A stretch of 64,000 nucleotides of DNA. It comes from Antedon mediterranea (Eukaryota; Animalia; Echinodermata). How positions within the stretch are numbered: position 1 is the first letter of the stretch; each line of letters begins with the position of its first letter. Location of the stretch: the NCBI RefSeq assembly GCF_964355755.1, contig NC_092671.1, positions 34,606,304-34,670,303 of the forward strand, written 5' to 3'. Below, piece after piece: positions 26,710-40,081 of the stretch. The position numbers and the translations under genes were made by a program. Under the pieces are notes generated by a model. That model had not been told where the DNA came from. It made no database searches and was given only the letters and a program-made list of their open reading frames with translations.

Positions 26710-27003
26710 TTGCATATTTGGTCTCGTACATAAACTTAAACAGGATGCCATTTATAAACTTTTTACTTAAGTAAGAATAGTTATCCAGTTCTTAAGTAAA
26801 AAAAATATGTATTTATTTATCAAATCAGTATTCTTTTTATCTTATGAAAAATATTATTTTTTCTTTTATGATTACATATTTGGTCTTGTACATAAACTTG
26901 AACAGGGTGCCATTTATCACCTTTTTACTTAAGTAAGAATAGTTATCCACTTCTTAAGTGAAAAAATTATTTATCAAATAGTATTCTTTTTATCTTATGA
27001 AAT
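26710..27003. repeat. Tandem duplication, about 160 bp x2
   Basis: catatttggtct.gtacataaactt...cttaagtaagaatagttatcca...ttatcttatgaaa occurs twice. Confidence 0.8.
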
Positions 27004-27188
27004 GAAGATTTACATCTGAAGATTGAAGAAAAAATAAAATATTTGCTGAGGTAATTTTGAAAACTTATTTAGCAAAATTAATGATAATCTTAATGAAGAA
27101 TTTTTTTTAAGCAAGCTTGCTAGATAAAATTATATATTGTTTTCAGAAAAGTGGTAGGGTAGAGGTAGTCTTTATATAGAAGACTTAC

Positions 27189-27354
27189 CCAGCACAAGGA
27201 TCAAGTACAATAGCTCTTGGTTTATCAGCTCTTAGGATTTCTGACTTGTTTCCACCATCGATACCACATGCTGTTATTGTACCAGCTCGGCGATCAGAAT
27301 AATATATTCTCTTGTGAATCCAGTCAAATGCAAGACCTTCTGGAGAAAGTAGTC
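27189..27354 (-). CDS. LRP2: LRP2 exon, propeller 6
   Basis: PEGLAFDWIHKRIYYSD...KPRAIVLDPCAG; phase 1-2. Confidence 0.92.
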
Positions 27355-27458
27355 CTGAAAAAAAAGTTTGATAGTGTAGACAGAGCGTAAGCCACTAATT
27401 TGAATTTTTTTTTCTGCCAGGTATAACTCATACATATTCATAAAAATATTCAAATTAC

Positions 27459-27692
27459 CATCACTCTGGGTTAAAATAGTTACAGGTTCTCCACTTCCAT
27501 CAGAAGGCACCCATCTTATTTTTTTCCCACGAGCCTCAGCAAAGTAAATCCTTCCGTCAATGTAGTCAAAGTCGAGGGCGACAGCTTGATTAAGGTTCGT
27601 GATTGCCGGTATTGGAGCGGATGTATCCGTTTCGTCAAGATGCAGGCTACGGATTTCATTGTCTTTGGCAAATACTAAGTATGCATTTGGAG
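27459..27692 (-). CDS. LRP2: LRP2 exon, propeller 6 start
   Basis: YLVFAKDNEIRSLHLD...AVALDFDYIDGRIYF; phase 1-1. Confidence 0.9.
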
Positions 27693-27975
27693 CTGAAAAA
27701 GATATAAAATAATTGTATTAAAATAAAGAAAAGAAAAATGAATAATGGAGTACAAATTTTACCAAGGCACTTAATTTTTTTTTTTTAACTATTTCGGTTT
27801 TTATCAACATGGTAGGTGGAACTCGTCAGATGGTAAAATTACTTTTTGTACTTTAGAAACAACATATAGTATATACAGTACTTTGTTCCAGAACACATAG
27901 TTACTGGAAGTGATTTTGCATAATTTTTCTTCTGTCCTGCAAGAAACACTAAATACAAAAAATAAAGTGACCTAC

Positions 27976-28104
27976 TTTCACAAGAGGTACCATCACTCTG
28001 AAGTTCTCCAAAAGCACAAGCGCACTGCCTTTGGTTCCTGTTTGTACCGGTCTGTCGGAAACAAAGTTGTTCGCATCCACCATTTTGCAAAGTGCATTGA
28101 TTTG
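27976..28104 (-). CDS. LRP2: LRP2 exon, EGF
   Basis: NQCTLQNGGCEQLCF...CACAFGELQSDGTSCE; phase 1-1. Confidence 0.92.
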
Positions 28105-28589
28105 CTAACGAAAAACAAATCAACTATTTTAAATATATAGTAAAACAAAAAATGTATAATTTGGAACTTACAATTATATATAAAATCTACACGATCAAAC
28201 ATGATGATATCATATCACATATTTGGGCATATCATACCAGATTGGAGAACATCACACTTTTTTGTCAAACTAGTTTAATAGTGTAGACAGAGATTTACAG
28301 AATATAATAAAAAAATAGATCCTTTTGAAGTTCATATCATGCTATTTCTGCCATAAGAAACTCTACTCCAATAACAATTAGGTCAAGTCTTTAAAAATGT
28401 AACATTAACATACAATAAAAAAAACACAGATAAAGAAATAATAGGGAGTTTTGATTTGCAACGTCCAACTCCATTTTACGCATCTACACTCTCCACCATG
28501 TTATGGTTTCTGTATTTAGGCAGCAATCGATTACACATCAATTGACTTGAGCTAGCTTGTTCCTTGATGTCAAATGGCTATATATTTAC

Positions 28590-28734
28590 CACTGTCTGTT
28601 TGTTGTAGTGCATCTCCATATATGGCAACCTCTCTTGCTTCTACAAGGCCATCTGCCATCACTACTGGTGAAGCGCTTGATGGATCTTTAGATGCCCTTA
28701 GTAACTTCCTATGAGCAGAATCAGTCCAGTAAAG
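28590..28734 (-). CDS. LRP2: LRP2 exon, propeller 5 end
   Basis: LYWTDSAHRKLLRASK...EVAIYGDALQ; phase 0-1. Confidence 0.88.
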
Positions 28735-29200
28735 CTAAAATGAAAACACACAATATATTAATTCTTAAAATAGTTATTTGCAAAAAAAACCAAATTAATG
28801 TACAAGATTTTCTAATCATGATTAAATTATGAATTAATTAATTTAAATATATTATAAAGACAAAATCCAGCCTGGGCCATCCAAACAAAATATATATTTA
28901 TATTTTAATCTCATGACTGTACTTTATTTTACAATTAGCAACACAATCTATGGTCATATTTACTTTTAATTTATTTACTTAATTTTTTTTTTTATTTTTT
29001 TTTCTTTAGAAGGAATGGGTTTACAAATTTTTAATATCCCCACATCAACACCAACATCCAACACTGGATTTCCAAATGTTCTAGTAATTTCACTCTCATG
29101 CAGAGCGGAGACCATGGATCACTGTCTCTGCAAAATCTCAAGCAATTATTATAGGGCTAAGGGACATCATCATTTTATAGAAAAATTTCCAATCACTTAC

Positions 29201-29456
29201 AAATTCATTATAAATTGCTAATCCTGAAGGATTTGTAAGGAATGACTGAATGATTGTTCTTCCGGTTCCATCCCACTTGATGCGTTGAATAGTATCAACA
29301 TTAGTGTCACTCCAGTACACATCATCTGTGGCATAATCAACTGTAATCGCCGATGGTGAACTAATTGATGTGTTCACCAAAACAACGTGATCTCTTCCAT
29401 TTAGCCCAGCACGTACAATCTCTTTGATTTGAGCATTATCGGCAAAATACAAGTAA
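29201..29456 (-). CDS. LRP2: LRP2 exon, propeller 5
   Basis: YLYFAD...VYWSD...PSGLAIYNEF; phase 2-0. Confidence 0.92.
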
Positions 29457-29790
29457 CTGTAAAGAAATATACTTTTACTATAAAACCAATAGGCCTACAT
29501 TTTTGTAGTTCCTTGTTAAAACCAGATCACTGACGGTGGCCAAGATTCACTCATCAGTCACACATATGCTCTAGGAAAAGAATTGATGACCAAATTGATT
29601 TTCTTTTACCAATCTTTATAAAAGATGGGTTGTTGCTACAGTACATGTAAAACACCAAATTGTTATTTTCATGTATAATACTGCTACATTTCTGTGTCTA
29701 ATAACCTTTAAAAACTTTTTAAAATGTCCATCCTACCCCACCAATCCAACCTTAAGTGCCATAATTCAAACCTATTGCCTATTATCTTAC

Positions 29791-29926
29791 CCAAGTTTTG
29801 GATTAACTGCAATCGAGGATGGTAAACTGTCAATTGCCTTCCAAAGTACAGTTCTATAGCTACCATCTAATCGACTCACTTCAATGTAATTCTCATTTGG
29901 AGCATTGTTTGTCCAGTATAAATTAC
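29791..29926 (-). CDS. LRP2: LRP2 exon, propeller 5
   Basis: NLYWTN...[11 protein letters not shown]...IAVNPKLG; phase 1-2. Confidence 0.92.
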
Positions 29927-30439
29927 CTGATATAAGAAAAGGTATTGTTTATAGAGGTTTTCATGGAGAGGACATGGTCATAACAGTTCAACACTATGAC
30001 ATAATACCAACAAATTTACTGTAAAGACCAAAGTAATATTTCAGTGAGTAATACATAAATCATCTTTTAAAAAAAGAAAAACAAAACATACAGACTTAAA
30101 AGGGAGTATCCTGGTTGACTCCACAGCGCCTCCCCCCCCCCCCCACCAAACATTTCCCCCAGAATTTCTCCCTTGGACATTCCCCTCCCCACTGCTCCTA
30201 TAACATTTGTTAAAGATTTGGTCCTAGTACTGTTTCTTTAAAACTCTAATATTCTTTCATAACACCATTCCCTCAATTTGTTCATGGTTTTATCAATAAT
30301 ATGCTATATTTACAGCTTTTACGTTTTAATATCTCTTTCATCATTAAACAACAAAGGAAGCTTATCTTTACCTGTTTTTGTTATAGGAACCCAAAAAAGA
30401 CTAAAATAAATTTAGATATTCAAACAGTAAATTACAAAC

Positions 30440-30610
30440 CTGCTTGCCAATCTACAGCTAGGCCTCTGAAAACATTGTCGTTGCCTACAACTAATGTTTC
30501 TGGAGTGCCACCATTTGGTCTTACTCTTAATATTGAAGGCTGATCATTATCAATGTAGTATATGTAACTGTTTGCAACATGAACATCTACCTTGGAAATA
30601 CTGCTGTAAT
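30440..30610 (-). CDS. LRP2: LRP2 exon, propeller 5
   Basis: VDVHVANSYIYYID...RGLAVDWQA; phase 1-1. Confidence 0.9.
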
Positions 30611-31500
30611 CTGTGAAAGAGAGATTGCAAGTTCTAGCATACTATAGTGTCACAACAACGTGTGGGGGGAAGTGAATTAATGTGTACCAACAAGGAATGT
30701 ATTTTCTGTCAATTAAAATACTGAAATGAATGCTGTAAATATAATTTTTTACACATTCCTTGAAAATTTTACATATTTTCCAAGGAAGCACACAAGAAGA
30801 TACAAGATGCAATGTACCATTTGGAAAACAATAAATTGTAGAATAACTTGATTGTTGAGATAATCATTAATATACTGATACTATATGATAACACGACCAT
30901 ACATTTCTATTCATTTGACATTCAAATAGTCAATTTCATTCAAACTGCATATAACAGGGAAGTCTAGAGAACAATGGTAAATAATGTCTGCAACCAGACG
31001 TGATACCAGGAGAAGATTATACATTAAAAAAGTTCAAGTTTTTAATTGTTTAGATGTTTTGCCATCTCTGTAACATTGCCAAATTAACATAGCTTCCCGA
31101 TGCAAATCTATTTACGGTATAAATAGTTATGTTTTGCCTATTGTCATGAGGTGATAGTGTCATGTTATTGCAAGCAACCTGTGTGAATAACAACCCTGGA
31201 TGGCTTGTTTACTTGCATACTACTGTCAAAGAGACAGAGCCAAACAGTGGAAGGGAAATAATAATACATATATCATAATGTTGGTGGACTATCATAGAGA
31301 GAGGACATGATTTCTTCAAACAGTCACTGTGTCAGTTACTTATTAATTTCAAGTCAGCTATGTTTTAGTCCTAGATTTCATTTAGATTTACCCAAATCCG
31401 ACATGGTGGAAGACCTGACTCGTCGTCATCATAAACATTTTAGGAAACGTTACAACGATCAACATAGCCAGCATACCACAATTAAAATCTTTGCACTTAC

Positions 31501-31602
31501 CCTGTGCTGATATTGGTAACATAGCATCATCATGAACCTCTGGCTGAAGACTGAACCCTCTCATGAAAGAGCTTTCAGACACAATTAAGAAATCTGATAC
31601 AT
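31501..31602 (-). CDS. LRP2: LRP2 exon, propeller 5 start
   Basis: FLIVSESSFMRGFSL...HDDAMLPISAQ; phase 1-1. Confidence 0.9.
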
Positions 31603-32202
31603 CTACAAAAAAACAAAATAGAGAACTACTGGCCATTCAGATTTGAGTAATGTGAATTCATGTTAACATAACTGTGTCTAATCGTGAATGAAAATAAAGT
31701 GGATGTGGATCTGGGCCTTTCCTTCCAATCCCAAGGTCCAGGTTCAATCCTGTCCTATATAGTTCCAGTTTTCTTAAAGCTAAAAAGATACTTGCTTTAT
31801 ACTGTATTGTACAATTGTTTATCTATTCTGAAATTGGCAAATTGGTTACTGTTCAACAACATTTATTTCATCAATGGCTCAGTATAACAAACAAATAGTA
31901 AAAAAGATATAAAATAGAATTGATATAAAGAGATCATAATATTAGAAGCTAAAATATATTGTCACGTAAGACCCTTTTAGAATAATGAATATTTACATTG
32001 TTGGAGGTTGACAGAAAATATTCCAATATATGGTATATTTCTTGCACCATTTCTCCTGCCTTCAAAATATACTGTACAATTCTTTGCCATGAGACAAGGT
32101 TTGTTGGTCATACGTGGAACAAGAGCTAAAATGCTATGGTGGACAGAAAATAAATGACCAATACAAAATATTTATGTTAAAAAGTTCTAATAAACCACCT
32201 AC

Positions 32203-32445
32203 TTCTACATGTTTTTCCATCATTATTCAAAAGAGAGCCAGTAGAACAAGCACAGGCCTTGGTGTTAACACCAGTGATTAGGCATAGCTGTTCACATTCT
32301 CCATTGTTGGTACCACAAGGATTGTTCGTTTGTCCTTCCCGCGTGTACACTCGCATTCCTTGTATCCAATATTGATTTCTACGCATTATACTTGCATCCG
32401 TTGGATCAGATACTGAGAGTCTTTCAATTTTCTGATAATCACTAT
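32203..32445 (-). CDS. LRP2: LRP2 exon, propeller 4 end plus EGF
   Basis: KIERL...NPCGTNNGECEQLC...CACSTG...DGKTC; phase 1-1. Confidence 0.92.
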
Positions 32446-32724
32446 CTATAAATAAATTAAAATAAGATCACATAAAAACAGTTGTTGGTAGTCCTTTTTT
32501 TTTAAAGTCGGGGAAGTGAGATTTGTTTTATAGTAATAATTGACATTCAATTCAATATGGAAGCAGAAAATAAACTTAATAACAGTTTTAACACTAAAGT
32601 TTTGCCATTGTTGTTATTGATTTTAATAGGTATAACAATTTACTCAAATTATATACCACACACAATGCCAAGTTAAATATAGACCAGTCTATCTTTCAAC
32701 TCATTTAAAGAGATTATAAGTTAC

Positions 32725-32827
32725 CATAATAATAGATGTAGTTTTGGTATACAGCGATTCCCCGTGGAGATCCAAGATCAATACGGACTGGTGTCGGATT
32801 TGAACCACCTACACTCATCTTCCATAT
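32725..32827 (-). CDS. LRP2: LRP2 exon, propeller 4
   Basis: IWKMSVGG...SPRGIAVYQNYIYY; phase 0-1. Confidence 0.88.
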
Positions 32828-33221
32828 CTAAAATGTAAATGTAAAAATGTTTATTTACGCAAATCATATACTATCCTGAATTGAAAACCCTCTGAAATTA
32901 GAAACCACTAAATTAAAAGTTAGTCATTCCAGAAAGAAAGCTCCTAGAGAGCCAACTATAATGAGACAGCAAAGTAAACTAAGATTGTTTAGTGGTTTTT
33001 CCGACAAAATTACAGTAAAACTATAAATACAAATCAATAAAAAAAATCAATTAGAATTTAAGAGCATTTTTAGAAGATAAAACAGACAAATAATTAAAGT
33101 TGATTGGTATTAAATAAATTATACAAGATGTCCGCCGTTTCTATTTTAATATCATTAGTACATTTAAACACAGTATAGTTTTTTACATAAACTTGAGAAT
33201 TACATCTTTGATTATACTTAC

Positions 33222-33384
33222 CGATCCAGATGTCTGTGTCCAATAGAGCATTTGACCTGGTATATCAATGGTGAGGTAGAAAATATTTTGAACATTCTGT
33301 GTAGTCACAGTTAATGGGTTACTGCCATCTCTTACAACACTTCCTATCTTTGACGTTTCACCATTATCTGCCCAGTACAATTTT
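33222..33384 (-). CDS. LRP2: LRP2 exon, propeller 4
   Basis: KLYWADNG...MLYWTQ; phase 2-0. Confidence 0.92.
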
Positions 33385-33675
33385 CTACATAACGGAATTA
33401 TCATTAATATTATTATTATCAATTATAACTTTCTTTAAACACAATAGATTGTTTCATCATTGTTGTTATTGATGTTAATAGGTAAAACAATTTACTAAAA
33501 TGATATACCACAAGCATCACACTTAAAATACAGCTGTTTTGGTCAATTTTGTAACATTGTTTTTAATGGGCGGCCACCTAAAAAAAAGTTTATTTGAAGT
33601 AGCCCTCCAATTAATTAATTAATTAGTGGTTCTTCTGGTAAACAAAATAAATTATAGAAATAAAATAAATCTTAC

Positions 33676-33929
33676 CCGTCCGTTGGATTAACACACATAG
33701 ATACTGGATTGTCAACGGCAACAGTGCCTCCTTTATTGGACAGGATCACCTTACGATACGCAACATTCCGGTTTAACTGCATCACCTCAATAGTATGCAT
33801 AGTGGGGTTGCCCCAATACATGTTGTCTGCTAGCCAATCAATGGCCATCGTTGAGGGTGAACCAACATAGGCCCAAGGTGAAATTGTGGTAGTGTTTTCC
33901 CCAGTGATGTTAGTACGTCTAATAACGCC
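33676..33929 (-). CDS. LRP2: LRP2 exon, propeller 4
   Basis: GSPSTMAIDWLADNMYWGNP...NPTDG; phase 0-2. Confidence 0.92.
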
Positions 33930-34385
33930 CTGATAATAGAAACAAATTTCAAAATAAGAATCTGTAGATGTTCCTATGTTTACCTTAAATATTTAAGGAT
34001 TTTTCTTACAGATATATTGTCCCCCTGAAAAATTGTTTTTTTTTTAAAATATTTTTGTTGAATATATTTTAATGTCACATAATAGTTATTCCTTTTGACC
34101 AAAAGGTGAATAAAAAAAACAAAACTGTAATTTAAAGCAAAAAAATGGAAGTAAGTGAGTTCTTGGTTGAATTTAACCGTTTATTTTGTCTTTTTATAAG
34201 TGAAAACATTAGTTTTTCTTTTCTATGGAAGTGATTAACTTCCAATTGGCCTATTCAAAGTCATTAATCTTCATTTTTCATGTTTCTGGGGTGATATTCT
34301 CTTTAGAAATGTTGGTGGTTTGGTTTCGGCATATTGTCCAGAGGCCAGTTTTGGAGATAATGCTGTGATTGACTGTTGTACTTAC

Positions 34386-34573
34386 CAGCCCATAACCATC
34401 ATCAGTGGTTTGATCAACCCAATACAGATATCCATTCTCCACATCAAAATCAGCATCAACTGCATTCTCAGTTCCAAGTACTGGTATGACGGATGTGTAT
34501 GATTGGTCAGTAGGATCTAGGCTAATACCATCCACAATGCCGGTTGCAGCAAGCAACAAGAAGGGATCACCCT
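34386..34573 (-). CDS. LRP2: LRP2 exon, propeller 4
   Basis: PFLLLAATGIVDGISLDP...YLYWVD; phase 1-0. Confidence 0.92.
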
Positions 34574-34647
34574 CTAGAGATTGTAAAATAAAGCAAATAC
34601 CATAGAAATCCCACTTTTAATAATCTTAACTTCTTATTTAAGCTTTT

Positions 34648-34924
34648 AGGCCGGTGCATGCTGAGCTTATAAACGCGAAGCAAAACACATTGCAAGCGTG
34701 AAATCGAAGTGAGTCATGCAAAAGTTGAAAAAGTTGCCCATGGAGCAACTAAAACAAATTTACATGTGAAGCCTTTGCAACCTCCGAGTTCAACGTGTTG
34801 GAAATCGATTGACACCAGCACACCACATTCAATTTGATTTTCACACTGAAATTAATCGCATTAATAGTGCGGGTTGATTTGACGTGTCACTTTGCGTGTA
34901 AATTCTTCAGTATGCACAGGCCTT
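34648..34924. mobile_element. Harbinger-like MITE
   Basis: aggccggtgcatgctga...tcagtatgcacaggcct inverted ends; CpG-richer interior. Confidence 0.55.
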
Positions 34925-35189
34925 TCTACATTTAGGATTTTGGATCAAAGTTTTATCCCAGGGTTAATTGTCTACTTAGCTGAAAGTGACAAAATATATC
35001 TAATAAGCAATACTGAACAATTGTCTAAGTAAATGTCCATCCCTTCTTTCATCTTTCCCATTGGTTATATTGTTTTGTTGCATTAAAAAATGGTTACATG
35101 ATGGTTCCGAACCATTGATTTTTTTGGTCAATAAACTATAATAAGCATCATTTAAGTTTCACATTGTAAGTTTAAATGATTTTACTAAC

Positions 35190-35312
35190 TTGCACAGATG
35201 TTACTTCCAATCTGTAGTTTTAAGCCTGCTGGACATAGACAGAGGAATCCATTATCATTCTTAGAGAGCACACAGATGAATGAGCAAGGACTGCTAGAAC
35301 ATGGATTAGGTG
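35190..35312 (-). CDS. LRP2: LRP2 exon, EGF
   Basis: [15 protein letters not shown]...[11 protein letters not shown]...IC; phase 1-1. Confidence 0.9.
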
Positions 35313-36050
35313 CTGAAAATAGAATAGGTCATTAATAATATTAAAAAAAACATTATTCTTCTGCAGTTACTGCAGTAACTATATTTGTTGTACTATTTAT
35401 TATTTAGCATGTTTTTTGTGTAAGTTATACCAGGGTTATACACAGTTCATTGTAGTGACTGACTTATAAGGTTTTACAATGAAATAAATCAAATATATTA
35501 ACCGGGTTAATGAAATATATTAAACATAAACAGTATGGGTTATGGGTTAGTGTTTTAATTTTTTTTAAACAACTTTATTTTAATAGTTTTAAGTAACTTG
35601 GATTAAGTGCTTTAAATCAATTGAAAAAAAAAATATGGGTTAGAAATTAACAAAAATAAAGAAATTCAATGAGCAGGATATAATAAACATAATAATAAAT
35701 AAAACTATTAAAAGGAAAAGATTGTTTGTGTTTAAGAAAATTAAAAAATTATGTGCACGAATAAACAAATAAAATGATTGTAAATAAAATTGAAATTATA
35801 TAAAATTGAAATTATATAAAGAAAACAACATTTAAGATGCCAAAAAAATGTATGAATCTGTACGAATTTGGGATCTTTTCTTACATACCTTACAAAAATG
35901 AAAACCAATATTGGGTCTGTATTTCATACACAATTTGAATGCAGCAACCAAAAATGTATATAGCCAGTATTTTTGTATTGGCTTGGTGTGAACCTGGTTT
36001 TAAAAGTTGGGAACCCCCACCGCTGTAAATAAAGTGTGAACACAACCTAC

Positions 36051-36228
36051 CATTTGGCTGTCTAACAGAATGGTAAACATGTAAATCGAGAGGTTGGGAG
36101 AGACCAGATATGGTCGTTCGAACATCCGAGCCATTAAATTTGTGCACCTGCAAGACTTCGTTGTTTTGGCGGTCACTCCAATAAACATAATCTTCAAACA
36201 ATGTGATAGAATGAACGTGCCTCAAATT
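36051..36228 (-). CDS. LRP2: LRP2 exon, propeller 3 end
   Basis: HSITLFEDYVYWSDR...YHSVRQP; phase 0-1. Confidence 0.92.
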
Positions 36229-36283
36229 CTGATGGTTAAGATTAGTTAAAAAGAAAACAACTTAAAAAACAAAAAATAATGAA

Positions 36284-36661
36284 TACAGTAGAACCTCTAA
36301 TAAGGGGACGTATTCAGGACCCAAAAAAGTGTCTCCTGAATAGGTATCGTTTGTAGTCACATTAAACATATTTTGCCCCTCTCCCTCAATTGTTTTATGG
36401 GAAAGTGTCCTCCTAATAGCAATGTCACCTAATAAGTTACAGTTGTGGTAAAAGGAGAGGTTTTACTGTACTAAGAAATAGATACAGTAACCTCTATTAA
36501 AGGGACACATTCAAGACCCAAAAAGTGTCCCATGATTAGGGGTTGGTTGTAGTGTTAAAATATATATTGCCCATCCCTCATTTGTTTTATGAGAAAGTAT
36601 CCCCTTAATAGGTGTGTCCTCTAAATATTTACTGAACTGTAAAAGAAGGGGTTCTACTGTA
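36284..36661. mobile_element. Two adjacent Tc1/mariner-like MITEs (related copy about 54205-54318)
   Basis: TA-CAGTAGAACCTCT...AGAGGTTTTACTG-TA ends; internal gtgtcc..aatag repeats. Confidence 0.65.
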
Positions 36662-38052
36662 TTAAGAAATAGGTTGTTATCATGAAGTGTTTTTAGTAAA
36701 ATTGAATGTGCTAAAAGTAAAAATAAATTCCTTGAAACAAAACAACAGTGATTAAAAAGCATTTTTAACAGTTTCAAAATAACTTCATATAAAAACATGC
36801 ATAAAAAAAACATTTCATCTAACACAAGTCAAGTCAACACTCACAACATGCACTATAACACTAATTACTTACATTCAAAGAGACAAAAAAAAAAAAAAGA
36901 CTAAGCAAAGAAACTTTCAACCAATCAGATTTGAGATAGCCCAAAGTTTACCATAGGTATAGAAGAAATGAGAACTATCACTGCAGGATTCTGTCTCACT
37001 ATCTGCAGCATGCATCATGTGCACAAAAATAGACATAGAGTATATGCAAACATATATTATGTAAAACACACTTGTATTATGTATATATGCATATACACAT
37101 ATATATTAACTACTGTTCTGTATTACTATAAAACCCTAAGCCAATGATTTATAACAAGAAGATACCAAAGATAAACGATAGGAACGTTTTTAAATGAACA
37201 CATTCAAAAAAATACAAAATAACCAAACAATGATTAATTCTCATATTAACAAATACAAAAAGAATTCATAAAGAAAAACATTAAAATAACCATAAAACTG
37301 CCACAAATGCCGACAAGCAAATGTTTACCAACAAGACATTGCCATAAAACTATGAAAAATAACTGATGTATTACCTCTGCAATTAGTTCTGAAAGCTTAA
37401 ATCAAAATAAATAGATATAAATTACAATGAAAAACTAAATATTTAGAGATAAATAGAGACCAAAACAAATTATGTATGTAGGTTTGTGCTATCCATAATC
37501 TGTACATAGTTTATTATTTCCATATGTTCTGAACAATTTCATCTATTTATCAATGTCATCACAGTTCACATATAATGCAATAAAGTAAAACAATTTGAAA
37601 ACAATGTGAATTGTCCTCAACTTAAAAGAAATGATTGAATATTGTATCTGAGACTGGTGTGTGTGAATGCAAACTGAACTTTGTTTTGATGGCCAACCTG
37701 AATTATTTTATACAAAAAAACTGTGTTTTTGTGTGTAGTCGAGTCCTATTAGTATGGTTATTTCTGAACCATAACATGAAATAGATGCATTTCAAGAAAA
37801 GTTTTAAATTGTTCATTTCTTTACAAGATTATTATTGTCAGGTAGTACAAAAAGTACATTTAAACCTTTTGTGTATAAATTGGACTAATGAACATGTGTG
37901 TCTTGCCACAAAGTGTCTTGGTCCAAGTCTAACTTCAACTCTGTAAGCACGTACTACATCAACCAAGGGCAAAAAGAAAACTATGGGTTTCCGTAAATAA
38001 AAACAAACACATAAGTATGCTTTTAGACATAACATTATACAGCAACACATAC

Positions 38053-38281
38053 CTGGGTACTAGATAATAAAGTCCGTCGATTGTTCCCATCATAATCACA
38101 GTAGTCTATGAAATCCAGCCTGGAATCAGCAAAGTAGATCCTAGTGTTAGGATAGTCAATGGTGACTGCATTCGGCCAGTACAGTTTGTCGGTCACTATC
38201 TGCGTACGTCCAGTGCCATCCATATCTACACGTTCTATTCGTGGATTAGTTCCCCAGTCAGTCCAAAATACATATCGATAA
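38053..38281 (-). CDS. LRP2: LRP2 exon, propeller 3
   Basis: [19 protein letters not shown]...[18 protein letters not shown]; phase 2-0. Confidence 0.93.
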
Positions 38282-38505
38282 CTGTATGGAATATGCAGAA
38301 AAATGTATTGTAAAAAAATAATTATAGAATATCTAATAACCTCTGTCTCCTTCTAAACCATCTGACCTGGGGAAGCACTGTCTGACATGGGCAGTTTTTA
38401 ATACCCTTTCAGCAATTTTACAATAACAACTTTTTTGGTGAAAATGTGTTGTTTCCTGCAATTTCGTTTTGAGATTTGTTTAAACTTTGACCTTGATATA
38501 CTTAC

Positions 38506-38690
38506 GAAGCTCGAGGATCAAGAACAATTCCACGAGGGTTGCTCATGTTCGTGCTGATGAGGATCGCACGATGTGTACCATCTATTCGGGCAACCTCCAT
38601 GACTCTCAGAAATCGGTCCACCCAGTAAACATTGCGACCAACCCAATCAACAGCCATGCCTTCTGAGCTGGTCATTCCACTCTCGAAGGT
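38506..38690 (-). CDS. LRP2: LRP2 exon, propeller 3
   Basis: [16 protein letters not shown]...[10 protein letters not shown]; phase 0-2. Confidence 0.92.
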
Positions 38691-38896
38691 CTAAAAATAT
38701 ACAAACGTAATATGAAAAACAAAAGAGTTCTTAAATTAGACCTATAGTACACTAAATATTTACCTCATTCTAAAACTTGCACCCGTAAAAACCAAAGAAT
38801 AATATATTATCATATAACTACTGTCTATTGTTGGTTGAAATCATAAGCGACCATTTCTAGTTGCTGCAACAAAATTGTGGAAATCACTTTCTATAT

Positions 38897-39346
38897 TAGA
38901 GGTTTCGCAATCTTACAAATACGATAAAGAATACGCCACGCACACATATTCGTTTTTGTAAGCCAGTAAAAATCTGTTTCGCATGGCAACAAAATATTGA
39001 GGGCGCCGTCCAAAATATAACTGCGGTAAATTTGAGCGAAGCGCAGGTACGTGTTGCTTGGTGCTTGGCTGCCTTGGCCTAGCGTAACATCAAAGCAAGT
39101 GAGGACTCTAAAAACTGCTATTTATCAAAATTGACCTGGCATTTTAGGAAATTACTTTCAATAAATCTATAATTATATTATAATCATGAATCATTTCTGA
39201 TTCAAATGCAAGTCATATATATGACTGGTGATATTCGTCAACACAAATACGCTTTACGAATATGAAATTGGGATCAGCTCAAAAGTTTCACAAATGTGTG
39301 ATGTATCCGTTTTCGTTATCATATTCGTAAGGTTGCGAAACCTCCC
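38897..39346. mobile_element. TIR DNA element (non-autonomous); terminal fragment also near 59596
   Basis: gaggtttcgcaa.cttac.aatacgataa...ttatcatattcgtaaggttgcgaaacctc. Confidence 0.65.
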
Positions 39347-39658
39347 TATTTATTTGAGATTTGCATTCTGTTTTTTTTTTAGCTTAAGCCCAGTTATTTT
39401 TGTCTGTTCCTTTGATGCCTGTCAGTTCATTAAAGCTTTAAGTAGAAGGGAGGCGTCTGAGTCCATAGAAGACAAAGACTCATCTGGTGTAAAAACAGTT
39501 CATTAGTTTAAACCCTGGTTTAGCGACAAGATCATATCAGAAAGACATATCCAAATACTTCTATTTTGGTGCAAGCATGGACTTTAGCTTTCTCCCATTT
39601 CCTTGAACATGTTTCACTTGTTTTTCACAAGACTTCATGATATTTAAATTCTCATTAA

Positions 39659-39837
39659 AGCGTGGTTCCCACTAGCGACGCAACGCAAGGACGTAAAGCA
39701 ACGCAAGTGAATTGACCAATCACAAGCGATGGCTTATTCGCTTGTGATTGCTAACTGTCTATAACTTCACTTGTCATTGGTTAAAACGCTTGCGTTGCGT
39801 TTACGTCCTTGCATTACGTTATAGTGGGAACCAAGCT
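39659..39837. mobile_element. 179-bp palindromic Harbinger-like MITE family B, copy 1
   Basis: TIR agcgtggttcccacta...tagtgggaaccaagct; TWA flanks. Confidence 0.85.
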
Positions 39838-39875
39838 TTACAAAGTAAAAACTTTAAAAGAATAAACAATCTTAC

Positions 39876-40081
39876 CACCACACGGTTAGCGCCATCAAGA
39901 TCACAGCTATATACTTTATCAACACCGCCATCAGTATAAAATAATCTTTGGGTTTGAATGTCAAAATCTGTTGCAAGGATATTGACTTGATCGTACACAA
40001 TAACATCAGCTATATTCTGGTGTATGTTCATTTTGATCAGTCGATTACGATTAGAGATGATCAGATAGGCATCTGAAGAAT
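39876..40081 (-). CDS. LRP2: LRP2 exon, propeller 3
   Basis: YLIISNRN...ATDFDIQTQRLFYTD...DGANRVV; phase 1-0. Confidence 0.92.
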
